A DNA stretch of 64,000 nt, from assembly GCA_963771465.1 (NCBI GenBank), contig CAVYTU010000018.1, positions 1 to 64,000 of the forward strand, written 5' to 3'. This document shows, piece after piece, positions 9,809 through 19,199 of the stretch (its first letter is position 1; every line of letters begins with the position of its first letter). The notes below the pieces were generated by a model, which saw only the letters and a list, made by a program, of their open reading frames with translations, had not been told where the DNA came from and made no database searches. Both the position numbers and the translations under genes were made by a program. The DNA is from an uncultured delta proteobacterium (lineage in GTDB: Bacteria > Desulfobacterota > Binatia > UBA9968).

Positions 9809-9957
9809 CGAGGCGGAACGCAAAAGCCGTGTTCGTGGCTCGTGATCGTGTCGGACGATTACCGTGCTCGTGGTTCGCTTGCTAACGACTGGGACAAACG
9901 GGAGAGCATCTGAACGACGCGATCGTAACCCGTGCGTAGTTCGCTATAGGCCTCTTG
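9809..9957 (-). mobile_element. 3'-terminal fragment of a second allele of the four-helix-bundle element
   Basis: Arm as 5317-5380; 9905-9957 identical to 5494-5546; minus strand reads QEAYSELRTGYDRVVQMLSRLSQSLASEPRAR*. Confidence 0.85.
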
Positions 9958-10010
9958 TTCGAGCCTTTTCGGTGGTTTTCCACGCAAAGCAGAATGTTAC
10001 AATAGGATCG

Positions 10011-11588
10011 GTGAACTTTACCGATTTTGCTTCGCTCTGCTACGAGCTGGAAAAGACGCCGAGCCGGCTCGCCAAGGTCGGCGCGGCGGCGAACTACCTG
10101 CGGCGCCTCGAGCCGGATGAAATTCGTGCTGGCGTAGCGTTTCTCTCGGGCCGCGCCTTTGCTATTTCAGATCCGCGAACACTGGACGTGGGTCCCAGTG
10201 TGTTCGCTCACATCGCCGAGATTCCGCAACAGGAGACGACCGTCCTACCCCATCTTACGATTAGGGATGTCGCTAATTGCTTCGCCAAGATCGCCGAGGC
10301 CGGCGGCAAAGGCTCGCGTGAACAGAAATCTACGCGGCTGAGAGAGCTCACGGAGATGGCTTCGGCGCAGGAGCGGCCGATCTTGTTTCGTCTGCTGCAT
10401 AACGAGCTGCGCATCGGCTTGCACGACGGCCTGATTCAAGAAGCGATCGCCCGCGCTTCGGGCAGCGAACTGAAAAAAGTGCGGCGCGCGGCGCTCTTTC
10501 TCTCGGATCTCGCTGAGGTTGCGGTCATTGCGTTGACCGGAGGCGCCGAAGGGTTAGCGCAAGTCGATATCAAGTTGTTCGTGCCGCTGCTGCCGATGCT
10601 TTCGGAGCTTTCTCAAGACTTCGACGCGATCTTAAAGACCCACAACGGGAAAACCTCGCTCGAGTATAAATACGATGGCGCGCGGGTGCAAATTCATAAG
10701 GATCGCGAGCACATCCGCATTTGGAGCCGGCGCTTAACGGAAGTCACTGCGAGTCTGCCGGATATCGCCGAGATTGCACGGAACCAATTACAGGGCGAGT
10801 CCTTTATCCTCGATGCCGAGGTGGTGGCGACCGGCAAGGACGGCCGCCCGTTTCCGTTTCAGGAACTCATGCGCCGTTTCCGGCGTGTGCACGGCATCGA
10901 AAGCGCAGCGGATGAAATCCCACTTTCCCTTTACCTTTTCGACTGCCTCTATTTGGACGGGCACTCTCTCATCGACGAGACCTATGAGGTGCGTTGGCAA
11001 AAACTAAACAAGATCTCCGCCGGCAAACATCTGGCAGCGCAGACCCTTGTCAGCGACAAAGCCTCAGCGGAGTCGTTTTTGACGGCGTCACTCGCCGCGG
11101 GGCACGAGGGACTGATGGCGAAGGCGTTGGACAGCGCATACATGCCGGGCAACCGCGGCAAGCTTTGGTTCAAGGTAAAGCCGGCCGAAACGATCGACTG
11201 CATTATCGTCGCCGCCGACCGCGGCTCCGGCAGACGGCGCGGCTGGCTTTCGAACTATCATCTTGCGGTCGCCGACGAAGCCGGTGGCTACGCTCCGGTC
11301 GGCAAGACGTTTAAAGGACTTACCGACAAACAGTTCATCGAGATGACTGCCAGACTGCAGGCAATCCAATTAAGCGATGACGGCTACACGGTCGCCGTGC
11401 GACCCGAGGTTGTGGTCGAGGTAACCTACAACGAAATCCAACGCAGTCCGCAGTACAGCTCGGAGTTCGCCCTGCGTTTTGCTCGGATCACCAAGATCCG
11501 CGAGGATAAAAATCACAGCCAAATCACCACGCTCGCCGAGCTTCGATCACTTTACGAACGCCAGTTTCTCACCAAAAGCCGGCGTTAG
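10011..11588 (+). CDS. lig: ATP-dependent DNA ligase
   Basis: EYKYDGAR adenylation motif, ILDAE, LFDCL, EGLMAK, WFKVK, ALRFAR. Confidence 0.95.
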   Translation: MNFTDFASLCYELEKTPSRLAKVGAAANYLRRLEPDEIRAGVAFLSGRAFAISDPRTLDVGPSVFAHIAEIPQQETTVLPHLTIRDVANCFAKIAEAGGKGSREQKSTRLRELTEMASAQERPILFRLLHNELRIGLHDGLIQEAIARASGSELKKVRRAALFLSDLAEVAVIALTGGAEGLAQVDIKLFVPLLPMLSELSQDFDAILKTHNGKTSLEYKYDGARVQIHKDREHIRIWSRRLTEVTASLPDIAEIARNQLQGESFILDAEVVATGKDGRPFPFQELMRRFRRVHGIESAADEIPLSLYLFDCLYLDGHSLIDETYEVRWQKLNKISAGKHLAAQTLVSDKASAESFLTASLAAGHEGLMAKALDSAYMPGNRGKLWFKVKPAETIDCIIVAADRGSGRRRGWLSNYHLAVADEAGGYAPVGKTFKGLTDKQFIEMTARLQAIQLSDDGYTVAVRPEVVVEVTYNEIQRSPQYSSEFALRFARITKIREDKNHSQITTLAELRSLYERQFLTKSRR

Positions 11589-11613
11589 ATTGCGCGCGCC
11601 GGATCTTCTTTTC

Positions 11614-11862
11614 TCACTTGGGGTCACGGGCATGGTTCTCTGCTTTTCCTTTTTGAAACGTACTTTTGAGTTTGGTTAACAATTTCCTTGCCCAGACCAA
11701 TTCAGTCGCAAGGACACCCAAGCCGACTGGTATAACAAGAAAGGCGGGACCGGGCAGCACGATCAATGCCACCCCAATCAAGAGAATTGTAAAACCGGCC
11801 ACGATTACGATGAGTCTCTTTGCCTGTTGTAACGTCTTCAGCATCAGCAGTTCATTGATCAA
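11614..11862 (-). CDS. PGPGW-family small membrane protein
   Basis: GVALIVLPGPAFLVIPVGLGVLATELVWAR. Confidence 0.85.
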   Translation of the reverse strand: MINELLMLKTLQQAKRLIVIVAGFTILLIGVALIVLPGPAFLVIPVGLGVLATELVWARKLLTKLKSTFQKGKAENHARDPK

Positions 11863-11960
11863 AATGATAGAGACTATGATGGGTGATGAAAAGGGGATTG
11901 GCTATTTTTCGATTGAAAGGCTGAAGGCCGCTGTGGTCGAAGCCCAGCGTGCCGCGAATA

Positions 11961-12135
11961 AAAACCGTGTTCGTGATCGTGGTTCGTGATCGACGCAACA
12001 GGCATGAGGTGCGAGGCGGCCGGCCAAGCCGGCCGGCAGCCAATCACCGGGAGGTCGGCAGAGACGTTCGCGAGCAGACTCGGTATGCCGGATCAAGATG
12101 ATACTGGAAACCGGAGGAACGTTGCTCGATAATGT
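11961..12135 (+). pseudogene. Mosaic spacer: hexamer arm, heptamer repeat and degenerate RidA fragment
   Basis: aaaccgtgttcgtgatcgtggttcgtgatcg; aacaggcatgaggtgcgaggc; 12030-12135 resembles 5040-5155. Confidence 0.75.
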
Positions 12136-14114
12136 CATGCTCGCAATGCAGCGGCATTCGCGATGTGTTTATTACGCTGTTCGTCTACGAGCTGCTTGGC
12201 TTCTTCTTCCGACAATGCCTCCAATTCGTTGATTAGTTTCGTCATCGCTTGTTCGTCTAAAGTATTTTCCTGATGAGCGTCGATTAATGTTGCCATAGCC
12301 GCAATGGTCGGTGATTCAAATAGTGATCGTAGCGGAATATCTAGCTGAAACTGCTGGATAACCCGTGACACAACTCGAGTCGCTGTTAATGAGTGACCGC
12401 CGAGGTCAAAGAAATTGTCACTGATCCCAACTTGCTTGACAGACAACACTTCTGCCCAGATCTGCGCAAGCATCTTCTCCACAGGCGTTCGCGGCGCGAT
12501 GATCGGACCCGTGCCGGTCCGTTCGATTTGTCCGCCAGGTTCAGGGAGCGCGCGGCGATTGACTTTGCCGTTGCTCAGCATGGGAAGCTCATCCAGAAAA
12601 ACAAACCTGGTAGGAATCATAAAGCCCCGAAGTTTGTCTTTCAAAAAGGCTCGCAACGCCGTGCCGTCGAGCCCGGTTTTTTGCCGCGTGGCGATATAAG
12701 CGACAAGGATTGTGTTGTCCGACTGGTCGGTTCGTCCGGCAACCGCGACGCGATGAATGTCACGGTGCTCCATGAGTGCCGTTTCCACTTCCGTCACATC
12801 GACTCTAAAATTTCGGATCTTAACCTGGAAGTCTTTTCGCCCGGATAGATGCACGCAACCATTCGACGACAACCGCCCAAGGTCACCGGTGCGGTAGGTG
12901 TACGTCGGAGGGGCGTCCGACGGGACAAGGGTTTCTTGCCGAGTGAGATCGGGTTTGCCCCAATGTCCAGCGGAAAAGAACTTGCTGAGCACGGCAACTT
13001 CACCCAGTTGCTCGTGGTCCAAGGGATGGCCGTCGTCATCGAGTATCCCGACGTCAAGGCCCGGCAGTGGATAACCGACCGGCACTCTTTCGCTCGGCAT
13101 CGGGGCTTTGGGGTCAACGAAGAACATGCTGACGCTGCCAGTCTCGCTGGATGACAACGTGTTCACCAAAATACAGTCGCGGGAAACATGGCGTGCGACA
13201 AGTTCAACGTCGTTCCTATAAACTGGTTCGCCTTCCAATTGGATGAGCCGCAAATCGGGTAGGACTTCCGAGTCGGGAAGACTGTTCAAGAAGTAGCGTA
13301 GCACCGTCGGAAAAGAATGATACACGGTCGTGCGCTCCTTTCGTAGCCAATCCCGGAGCAGAACCAAGCCTTCCTTTTGAACATTCCACGGGCAGAAGGA
13401 AGCGCCGCAGAGCAATGGTCCGAGAAGATGTTTGCCGAGCGATGCGGGACTAAGAGTGGTCAGAACATCCGCAAAGCCCAAATGCAATTGATTGATCAAA
13501 CCCATCGCGTCCCGGAGTACGTGACGGTGGGTCCACGTCGCTCCTTTGGCGCTGCCCGTGGATCCCGACGTGTAACGAAGAAAAGCCATCGTCTCGGGCG
13601 AGATTTGAATCCCCGGGTTCGTCTGCGAAAGCTCAGAGCGAAGCGGAGTCAAGCTGACGATCGTACATTCATCGGCAGCCAATTTTGCGCCGGCGTCGCT
13701 GCTGTCTTGGTCGACGATCATTATGCGAGCGCCGCAGTCTTTGACGATATGGGTCGATCGGTTGGCGTCCGCCAGCGGGTCGAGAGCGATAGTAAACTTG
13801 CCGGCCTTCAATACGGCCATGTGAGCGACGACGACGTCGCTCCGCTCGCCAAGATAAAGGATCACAGGCTCTGCTACCGAGCCTCGGCGCGCTATCAGTT
13901 CGTGAGCCAAACGATTCGCGCGCCCATTGAGTTCATCGTAAGTAAGCGCGTCGGCTCTCGTTTTAACTGCGATTCTATCGGGATACTGCCGGGCGATTTC
14001 CTCGAACCGCTCAGGAATCGATTTCTCGGCATCCGCTTCGGGAAACTCAACGAAGGTTCCCGATGGGTGAAAGGCCTTGGCCCGTATCGCTTGTTGTTCT
14101 GGCGGCAAATTCAT
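12135..14114 (-). CDS. Standalone NRPS-like adenylation-PCP didomain with acidic C-terminal helix
   Basis: YTSGSTGSAKG, YRTGDLG, GRKDFQVKIR, NGKVNR, FFDLGGHSL, tail LINELEALSEEEAKQL. Confidence 0.92.
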   Translation of the reverse strand: MNLPPEQQAIRAKAFHPSGTFVEFPEADAEKSIPERFEEIARQYPDRIAVKTRADALTYDELNGRANRLAHELIARRGSVAEPVILYLGERSDVVVAHMAVLKAGKFTIALDPLADANRSTHIVKDCGARIMIVDQDSSDAGAKLAADECTIVSLTPLRSELSQTNPGIQISPETMAFLRYTSGSTGSAKGATWTHRHVLRDAMGLINQLHLGFADVLTTLSPASLGKHLLGPLLCGASFCPWNVQKEGLVLLRDWLRKERTTVYHSFPTVLRYFLNSLPDSEVLPDLRLIQLEGEPVYRNDVELVARHVSRDCILVNTLSSSETGSVSMFFVDPKAPMPSERVPVGYPLPGLDVGILDDDGHPLDHEQLGEVAVLSKFFSAGHWGKPDLTRQETLVPSDAPPTYTYRTGDLGRLSSNGCVHLSGRKDFQVKIRNFRVDVTEVETALMEHRDIHRVAVAGRTDQSDNTILVAYIATRQKTGLDGTALRAFLKDKLRGFMIPTRFVFLDELPMLSNGKVNRRALPEPGGQIERTGTGPIIAPRTPVEKMLAQIWAEVLSVKQVGISDNFFDLGGHSLTATRVVSRVIQQFQLDIPLRSLFESPTIAAMATLIDAHQENTLDEQAMTKLINELEALSEEEAKQLVDEQRNKHIANAAALRA

Positions 14115-14460
14115 ATTGAGTCTCCTCGAATCAGCAGGGATTACCTTGCTATTTTCTGCCTACAACCCTATTGGACGGTCGGTTATATACGCTTTTCTTG
14201 AGGCGAGCTCAAGGCTGTGAGCATTGGCTCGGTGCGGAATTTGAGCTCGACAAAATCCGCAATCCAACGAAGCCGTTCACCGTTGGGACTGTAACAATTG
14301 GAGGATCCGGGTTGCATTAGTTTTGGAAGGATGAATTCGTAGCCAAAGCTACCGCAAGCTCTCAAAGGTTCCTCTGAAATCGCCTCGGCGCTTCTTCCCG
14401 CGATACGTTCTCGATATCGTAGCTACCCATGATACGGCGGATGAGGTAGGTGCTACAGCC

Positions 14461-14599
14461 AATTGGGTGTCGGCCGGTTAGCAGACTCAGTACGCCCTTT
14501 ACGTCAAGATGATTTTGGAAACCGCGAGGACATCTCTCGACAATGTTCTGACGATGCTGACGCATCTGACCCGACGTGAGGATCTTGCGGCGTACAACG
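14461..14599 (+). pseudogene. RidA gene fragment
   Basis: 14480-14599 matches 5085-5207 (MILETARTSLDNVLTMLTHLTRREDLAAYN); 14461-14479 is an inverted piece of 5038-5055. Confidence 0.85.
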
Positions 14600-14757
14600 G
14601 GCCGGTCAAATGCTTTAGCGCATTTAAAACAAAGTCGGGAGCTTCTCACGTTTCGGGAATTCTCGAAACGTCGAAACGTTGGCTGAAGGTTACGATGATT
14701 GACGACGGCGGCGTGGAGAGCGCGAAATGAGCCGGTAGCGACGAACTGCACCAATGC

Positions 14758-14798
14758 CAAAAAAAAAGCCCAGCTGAATCTAATCCAGACTGGGCTTT
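14758..14798 (-). terminator. Intrinsic terminator of the CsgG-like gene
   Basis: AAAGCCCAG...CTGGGCTTT hairpin with an A-run on + (U-tract on -). Confidence 0.75.
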
Positions 14799-14816
14799 GT
14801 AGTTGGCGTCAACTGA

Positions 14817-15713
14817 TTATTTTTTTTGAAGAACCGGTTTCGGCAAAGGCTTAGCTGCTGGTTTCGCCGCAGGCGTGATCGCCTCGGACGCCGGGGTCGA
14901 TCCACCCTGCACGCCTAAAGCACCGCCCGTGCCTAATCCACCTGCGACTTCTTGGGCTTTGTAGTTCCGAACCGATTGCACCAGGCGATTGTAGGCGTCG
15001 GCGAATGCACCAGCGAGCACTTTACCTTCAGGTGTGTTGGTATAACCACCCAAACTACCACCTCCGCCTGACCCAAAGACTCCACCCCAAGCGTTAAAAT
15101 CCGTGGCAGCGGCAGACCCTTCGGCGGCTGCAAGTTGCACCCCGGAACGATTATCAACCAGCGTCAAAGTTGTCGAAGCCTCGCGCGTACGAATGTTGCC
15201 CGCCAAAGCTCCCAGCACTCCGGCATAGCCCGGCAGCATATGAAGTGCGCTACCAACGCCACTGGTGTTCCCCTGACTGAACGTAATCATCGGACTCATT
15301 CCGTAGTCGGCTGCGACTAATTGTCCTTGGCCGAAGTTACTGTTCTGGCGGAGTTCACCGGATTGCTGCAATGCACGTTCGGTTTGAATCTGGCCGAAGC
15401 CTCGGCCTCTCTCAACGACGACAAAACAATTAGATTGTTGCACCAGCAACCGAATGAGAGGTACGGTGGACGGCAATTTGTATTCATGCTGAAGGCGGTA
15501 ATACCAAGGCGACGCCTGATCTTCAGTGACTGCTAAAGTCCCTAGCGATTTCTCGCAACGTTCTAGCTGCGCCATTGCGCCTTTAGCTGTTTCTCCGCCC
15601 GCCGACCCAGTTATCGGCGTTCGCGCGGAATCAGAACCAACTTGAACTCCGCATCCCGTTACCAGAACGCCTACAAGTAAATTGACGACCGGTCTGAAAA
15701 TCTTTTGCGCCAT
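14817..15713 (-). CDS. CsgG/HfaB family lipoprotein
   Basis: Lipobox VTGC, QQSNCFVVVERGR, LVDNRSGVQLAAAEG, YTNTPEGK. Confidence 0.88.
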   Translation of the reverse strand: MAQKIFRPVVNLLVGVLVTGCGVQVGSDSARTPITGSAGGETAKGAMAQLERCEKSLGTLAVTEDQASPWYYRLQHEYKLPSTVPLIRLLVQQSNCFVVVERGRGFGQIQTERALQQSGELRQNSNFGQGQLVAADYGMSPMITFSQGNTSGVGSALHMLPGYAGVLGALAGNIRTREASTTLTLVDNRSGVQLAAAEGSAAATDFNAWGGVFGSGGGGSLGGYTNTPEGKVLAGAFADAYNRLVQSVRNYKAQEVAGGLGTGGALGVQGGSTPASEAITPAAKPAAKPLPKPVLQKK

Positions 15714-15924
15714 AGTTCCTCCCTGTGTTTAATTTGTCCATAAACCGCTATTGGAGTCGCCTTATATATCGTTTGGCATAGAAACGTCAATAGCCGTCAA
15801 ATAAGGGGAAAAACAGTAATCTAGGTAAATTTGGTGCAAAGTAATATCCGTTAGTGTTTGTGATGAGGTACCCCGTTTTCAGGTTAACATTCTCGTATGG
15901 GGCGCAGAAATATGCTGGAATTTG

Positions 15925-16215
15925 ACCGTCAACGCTGTGGCCTATGCCGCCGAGCTGGCTCGGGAAAACGTCTGGAAGATCACGGCATAGTGAAGCTCAA
16001 ACTAGACGAAAATCTTTCGCGACAGTTGGAAGGCCCCATTTCGCAGCAGGGTCACGACGTATCGACCGCCCTCGAAGAGGGTCTGCTGGGAAAAGTGGAT
16101 GTTGAAGTCGGAGCGGCGGCCAAAAGCGAAGATCGCATGAATTTCACTCTTGCAGACCTTCGAAAGTTTCCGCCTGGATCACACCCCGGAGTTATCTTGT
16201 TTCGGCCGCGAGAAG
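15925..16215 (+). pseudogene. Decayed DUF433 antitoxin tail plus truncated DUF5615 PIN-like toxin
   Basis: YAAELARENVWKITA* overlapping GTG 15990, then KLKLDENL..GHDV..FPPGSHPGVILFRP; similarity lost afterwards. Confidence 0.75.
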
Positions 16216-16322
16216 AACTTCTTCGGGTCCCGATAATGTTCCGGCGCCGCGCCAATAGGACAGGCAACATTAAGAACCGCTCCGTTCAAATCCAAACCGC
16301 AATATTCACCTAACACACGCGC

Positions 16323-16370
16323 TTGACGACTCGCCGGTGCGGCGATATAGCTCGCGGCAGAAAAATAGCT
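16323..16370 (+). promoter_or_regulatory. Repeated sigma70-like promoter module, copy 1
   Basis: TTGACG-17-TATAGC; shares ccggtgcggcgata..gctcg with 19127 and 22114. Confidence 0.6.
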
Positions 16371-16424
16371 CGTTTAAATTTCCTATACGTATTGGTTGCT
16401 CGCATATCGTTGGGGAGATATCCG

Positions 16425-16970
16425 ATGACACGCATTGCTATTCTGACGCCCGATGACATGACCGATGAACAGCGCGCCGTGATCGACGCATCCAAGGCCA
16501 ACGGCAAGCCGCATGGCGGACCGTTCTGGGCCTATATCCGCAATCCCAAATTGATGCAGAGCGTCCAGAACACGGCAACCTGTATCGCCGATACCACCCT
16601 GTCCGCCCGCGAGCAGCAGATCGTCACCTTGACGGTGGCGCGGTTCTGGGGCGCCAACTATCCGTGGGCTGCTCAGTGCCGCAACGGTCTTAAAGTTGGA
16701 CTCACGCAGAAAGAGATCGACGCCATCAACGCCCGCAGCGCGCTGCCGATCGATGACAAGCGCGAATTGCTCGCGCATCAGGTCGCCAACGAACTGCTCG
16801 CCGACAAGGGACTCAGCAATGCCACCTATGCATCTGCCGAAGCAACCTTTAGCACTGAAGAGCTGGTAGCTCTGGTTGCGCGGGTCGGTTCGTTCTCGAT
16901 GACGTGTTGCACCGCCAACGCGTTTGATATCACGCCTCCCGATGACGCACCTGACCGCCTTAAGGCATAG
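16425..16970 (+). CDS. Carboxymuconolactone decarboxylase / AhpD-like family protein
   Basis: GGPFWAYIRNPKL, LSAREQQIVTL, LVALVARVG. Confidence 0.8.
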   Translation: MTRIAILTPDDMTDEQRAVIDASKANGKPHGGPFWAYIRNPKLMQSVQNTATCIADTTLSAREQQIVTLTVARFWGANYPWAAQCRNGLKVGLTQKEIDAINARSALPIDDKRELLAHQVANELLADKGLSNATYASAEATFSTEELVALVARVGSFSMTCCTANAFDITPPDDAPDRLKA

Positions 16971-16986
16971 AAAACGACAGAAACTT

Positions 16987-17053
16987 TGTTCAAGACGTTC
17001 CAGTCGTTCAATCCTCCGGATCGCGTCCGGGGTCCGCTCAAAACGCTCAAAGC
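16987..17053 (+). repeat. 9-mer GTTCAA repeats with a REP-like hairpin
   Basis: gttcaagac gttccagtc gttcaatcc; ccggatcgcgtccggggtccg, also at about 22849. Confidence 0.75.
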
Positions 17054-17118
17054 AGGCACTCCGAGGCGAAACCAAAGATTTGTCCTCGTCAGCTTTCACT
17101 TCTCGTGGAATAACACCC

Positions 17119-17328
17119 TTACATCGTTACCACGCGATCCTTTATTTTCCCTTTGGCTGCTCGTGCCAGCAACTTGTCGATTCTAGTTTGAGCCTGATGT
17201 CCGATCTGCTCAAAGTCGCATTCTTGGCAAATGGTGCAGGGCACGTTGCGGATCTCAAGCAGGTCGGCGTGTATCGTTGTCCGGCCTAGATAGGTCTTCG
17301 AGCCACACTGGGCGCATTTTCCAGCCAT
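17119..17328 (-). CDS. YgiT/MqsA-type zinc-finger protein
   Basis: CAQC...IRNVPCTICQEC. Confidence 0.7.
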   Translation of the reverse strand: MAGKCAQCGSKTYLGRTTIHADLLEIRNVPCTICQECDFEQIGHQAQTRIDKLLARAAKGKIKDRVVTM

Positions 17329-17381
17329 CGCTCTATTTCGCTCTTGCAACTCTGCGGCAGATTAGGAACAGGGAATTATTT

Positions 17382-18002
17382 TCAACTCTTCGAAATATAG
17401 AAACCGATTCTTCTTTCCGGTAAGTAGCCATCGGCATCTTCATAATGCAGCAACAACCTCAGGTTTTCATCGCGCTGATCTTTTTCCCAACAGACGGTGA
17501 CGTCATTTTGGATTGGATCATGATTTTGCCTTAAATGAACCTCGATGATTTTGTCGCCGATCATCTCGACATTATAAAACTCATAGGTTCCGGCCAGGTT
17601 TTTCAGTACGTCGGGGAACGTTCTGATTTGGTTCACGACCTTCCATTGAGAGAACTTATATAAAGGCGCGTTGGCGCGCCGTGAGCCTTCGACACAGTTA
17701 AGTTGGACGCCGTTGCGGTCATAGTCGATACTCAAATGGCGCCCCTTGAAAACCTCGCACCAAAAATAACCCGGCGGCACGGCGGTGGAATCTGCCGGCG
17801 TCAACCACTTCACCTCGGCGCCGACGCCCATGCCGTAGAGATTCATGACCGGCCTGACAACGTAGAAATCGGCTTTGGGCACAGGGACGCAACCGGGAGC
17901 GCACAGGTAGTTGAACTTCTTGCTCAACAATAGTTTATCAAAAATCCACAGATCATCCGGATGGCAATTATTCCAGGCGCAAACCTCCGGATCTTCAGTC
18001 AT
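17382..18002 (-). CDS. Hypothetical ATP-grasp-like protein resembling a T4-like phage family
   Basis: LWIFDKLLLSKK.NYLCAP, YVVRPVMNLYGMG, YFWCEVFKGRHLSIDY, NVEMIGDKIIEVHLR. Confidence 0.6.
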   Translation of the reverse strand: MTEDPEVCAWNNCHPDDLWIFDKLLLSKKFNYLCAPGCVPVPKADFYVVRPVMNLYGMGVGAEVKWLTPADSTAVPPGYFWCEVFKGRHLSIDYDRNGVQLNCVEGSRRANAPLYKFSQWKVVNQIRTFPDVLKNLAGTYEFYNVEMIGDKIIEVHLRQNHDPIQNDVTVCWEKDQRDENLRLLLHYEDADGYLPERRIGFYISKS

Positions 18003-18027
18003 GGGTGACGATTCGCTTCAGGCTTTG

Positions 18028-18276
18028 TTGGGGCTCGAGTGCTCGGTATCGGGCCAGAAAGTTGAGGCTGTGCAAAGCGTCGCGAATTGGCTGGAGCAGT
18101 TTGGGTTGCGGCCCAGGCATGCCTTCTTCCTCGGCGACTTCCAGCGCCGTGGCGTCCTGTTCCCAGTGCTGCAGGATCTCAATCTTTTGTTCGCGCGACA
18201 ATTCTTGGTTCGAAACGACTTCTTGAGGGCTCTTAAAACTGGCGGCGGGATTGAGTTTGGCTTTTTCGAAATCCAT
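18028..18276 (-). CDS. Small hypothetical protein (paralog of 28633..28890), +1 frameshift at about 18058-18060
   Basis: MDFEKAKLNPAASFKSPQEV; nucleotide near-identity with the intact copy. Confidence 0.75.
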
Positions 18277-18426
18277 TTTTACTTCCTCCGGCTTTTTTCC
18301 ATGCCATGATACCGCCGAGAGAAACAATCCAGACTCGGCTATTGATCCATGGATACGCAACGGCGGCCAAGTCTTTGACCGCCACGCTCGCATTCAGGAT
18401 CGGCAGGAATGCTATTCTTTCATTCT

Positions 18427-18897
18427 CTATGACATTGATTTTTGCCCTTCCCTGATCGTGCCGCGCCACGCGCCGCTTTCGTGGCCGCGGTTTTCGATGA
18501 ATTCTTTGAAGTGCTCAAGATCGTTTTCGATGCGTCTGGAAACCAAGCCAACCGCGTCGCCGACGTTTTCGATAAATCCCTGAGGATCGTAAGAAATCTC
18601 TAATGTCACCCGGGTGCGATCTTCCCCTAGTTTGGCGAAATCGACTTTACCCGAAGTGTACTCGCCGGACTCGGAGGTCCAGGTGATGCGGTCATCGGGG
18701 ATTTGTTCGGTGATCTTGGCGGTCCATTCTTTATCCACTCCGGCGATCTCCGCGCGCCAGTGAAGGCGCTGATCGTCGAGCTGTCGGACCTCTTTCACGC
18801 CATCCATGAACTTGGGAAATTCCTCGAACTGGGTCCATTGATTGTAGACGTGGCTGAGCGGGCAATCGACCTCAATCGATTTTTTAATGCGTTCCAT
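18427..18897 (-). CDS. SRPBCC / polyketide-cyclase family protein, copy 1
   Basis: VYNQWTQFEEFPKFMDGV, ITEQIPDDRI. Confidence 0.9.
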   Translation of the reverse strand: MERIKKSIEVDCPLSHVYNQWTQFEEFPKFMDGVKEVRQLDDQRLHWRAEIAGVDKEWTAKITEQIPDDRITWTSESGEYTSGKVDFAKLGEDRTRVTLEISYDPQGFIENVGDAVGLVSRRIENDLEHFKEFIENRGHESGAWRGTIREGQKSMS

Positions 18898-18944
18898 AAA
18901 ACATCCCTCCTGTGCAAGTCATCGGACTTCAAAAGGTCTAATAC

Positions 18945-18959
18945 GCAAGTGGTATGCCC
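18945..18959 (-). promoter_or_regulatory. sigma54 -24/-12 motif
   Basis: GGGCAT-ACCAC-TTGC upstream of 18897. Confidence 0.6.
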
Positions 18960-19096
18960 GCGTCACGCTCGAGTTTCCATTACGCTTTTTTGCGTGGGAC
19001 GTCTGCAACAGTCAGGGATTGTCGTACTGTGTCGGAAATACACTTGTCCGAAAGGAACCTAGGCAGATGGCGCGAAGCTCGGGCGAGGTGACGTGT

Positions 19097-19170
19097 CACA
19101 GGGATTTTCATCAAACAGAAAGGCAATTGACAGCTACCCGGTGCGGCGATATTGCTCGGGCTAGAAAGAT
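19097..19170 (+). promoter_or_regulatory. Repeated promoter module, copy 2
   Basis: gggattttcatcaaacag..aaTTGACAgctacccggtgcggcgaTATTGCtcgggct. Confidence 0.65.
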
Positions 19171-19199
19171 CAACGGGCGGCGTCATTCAGGAGGGAAGC

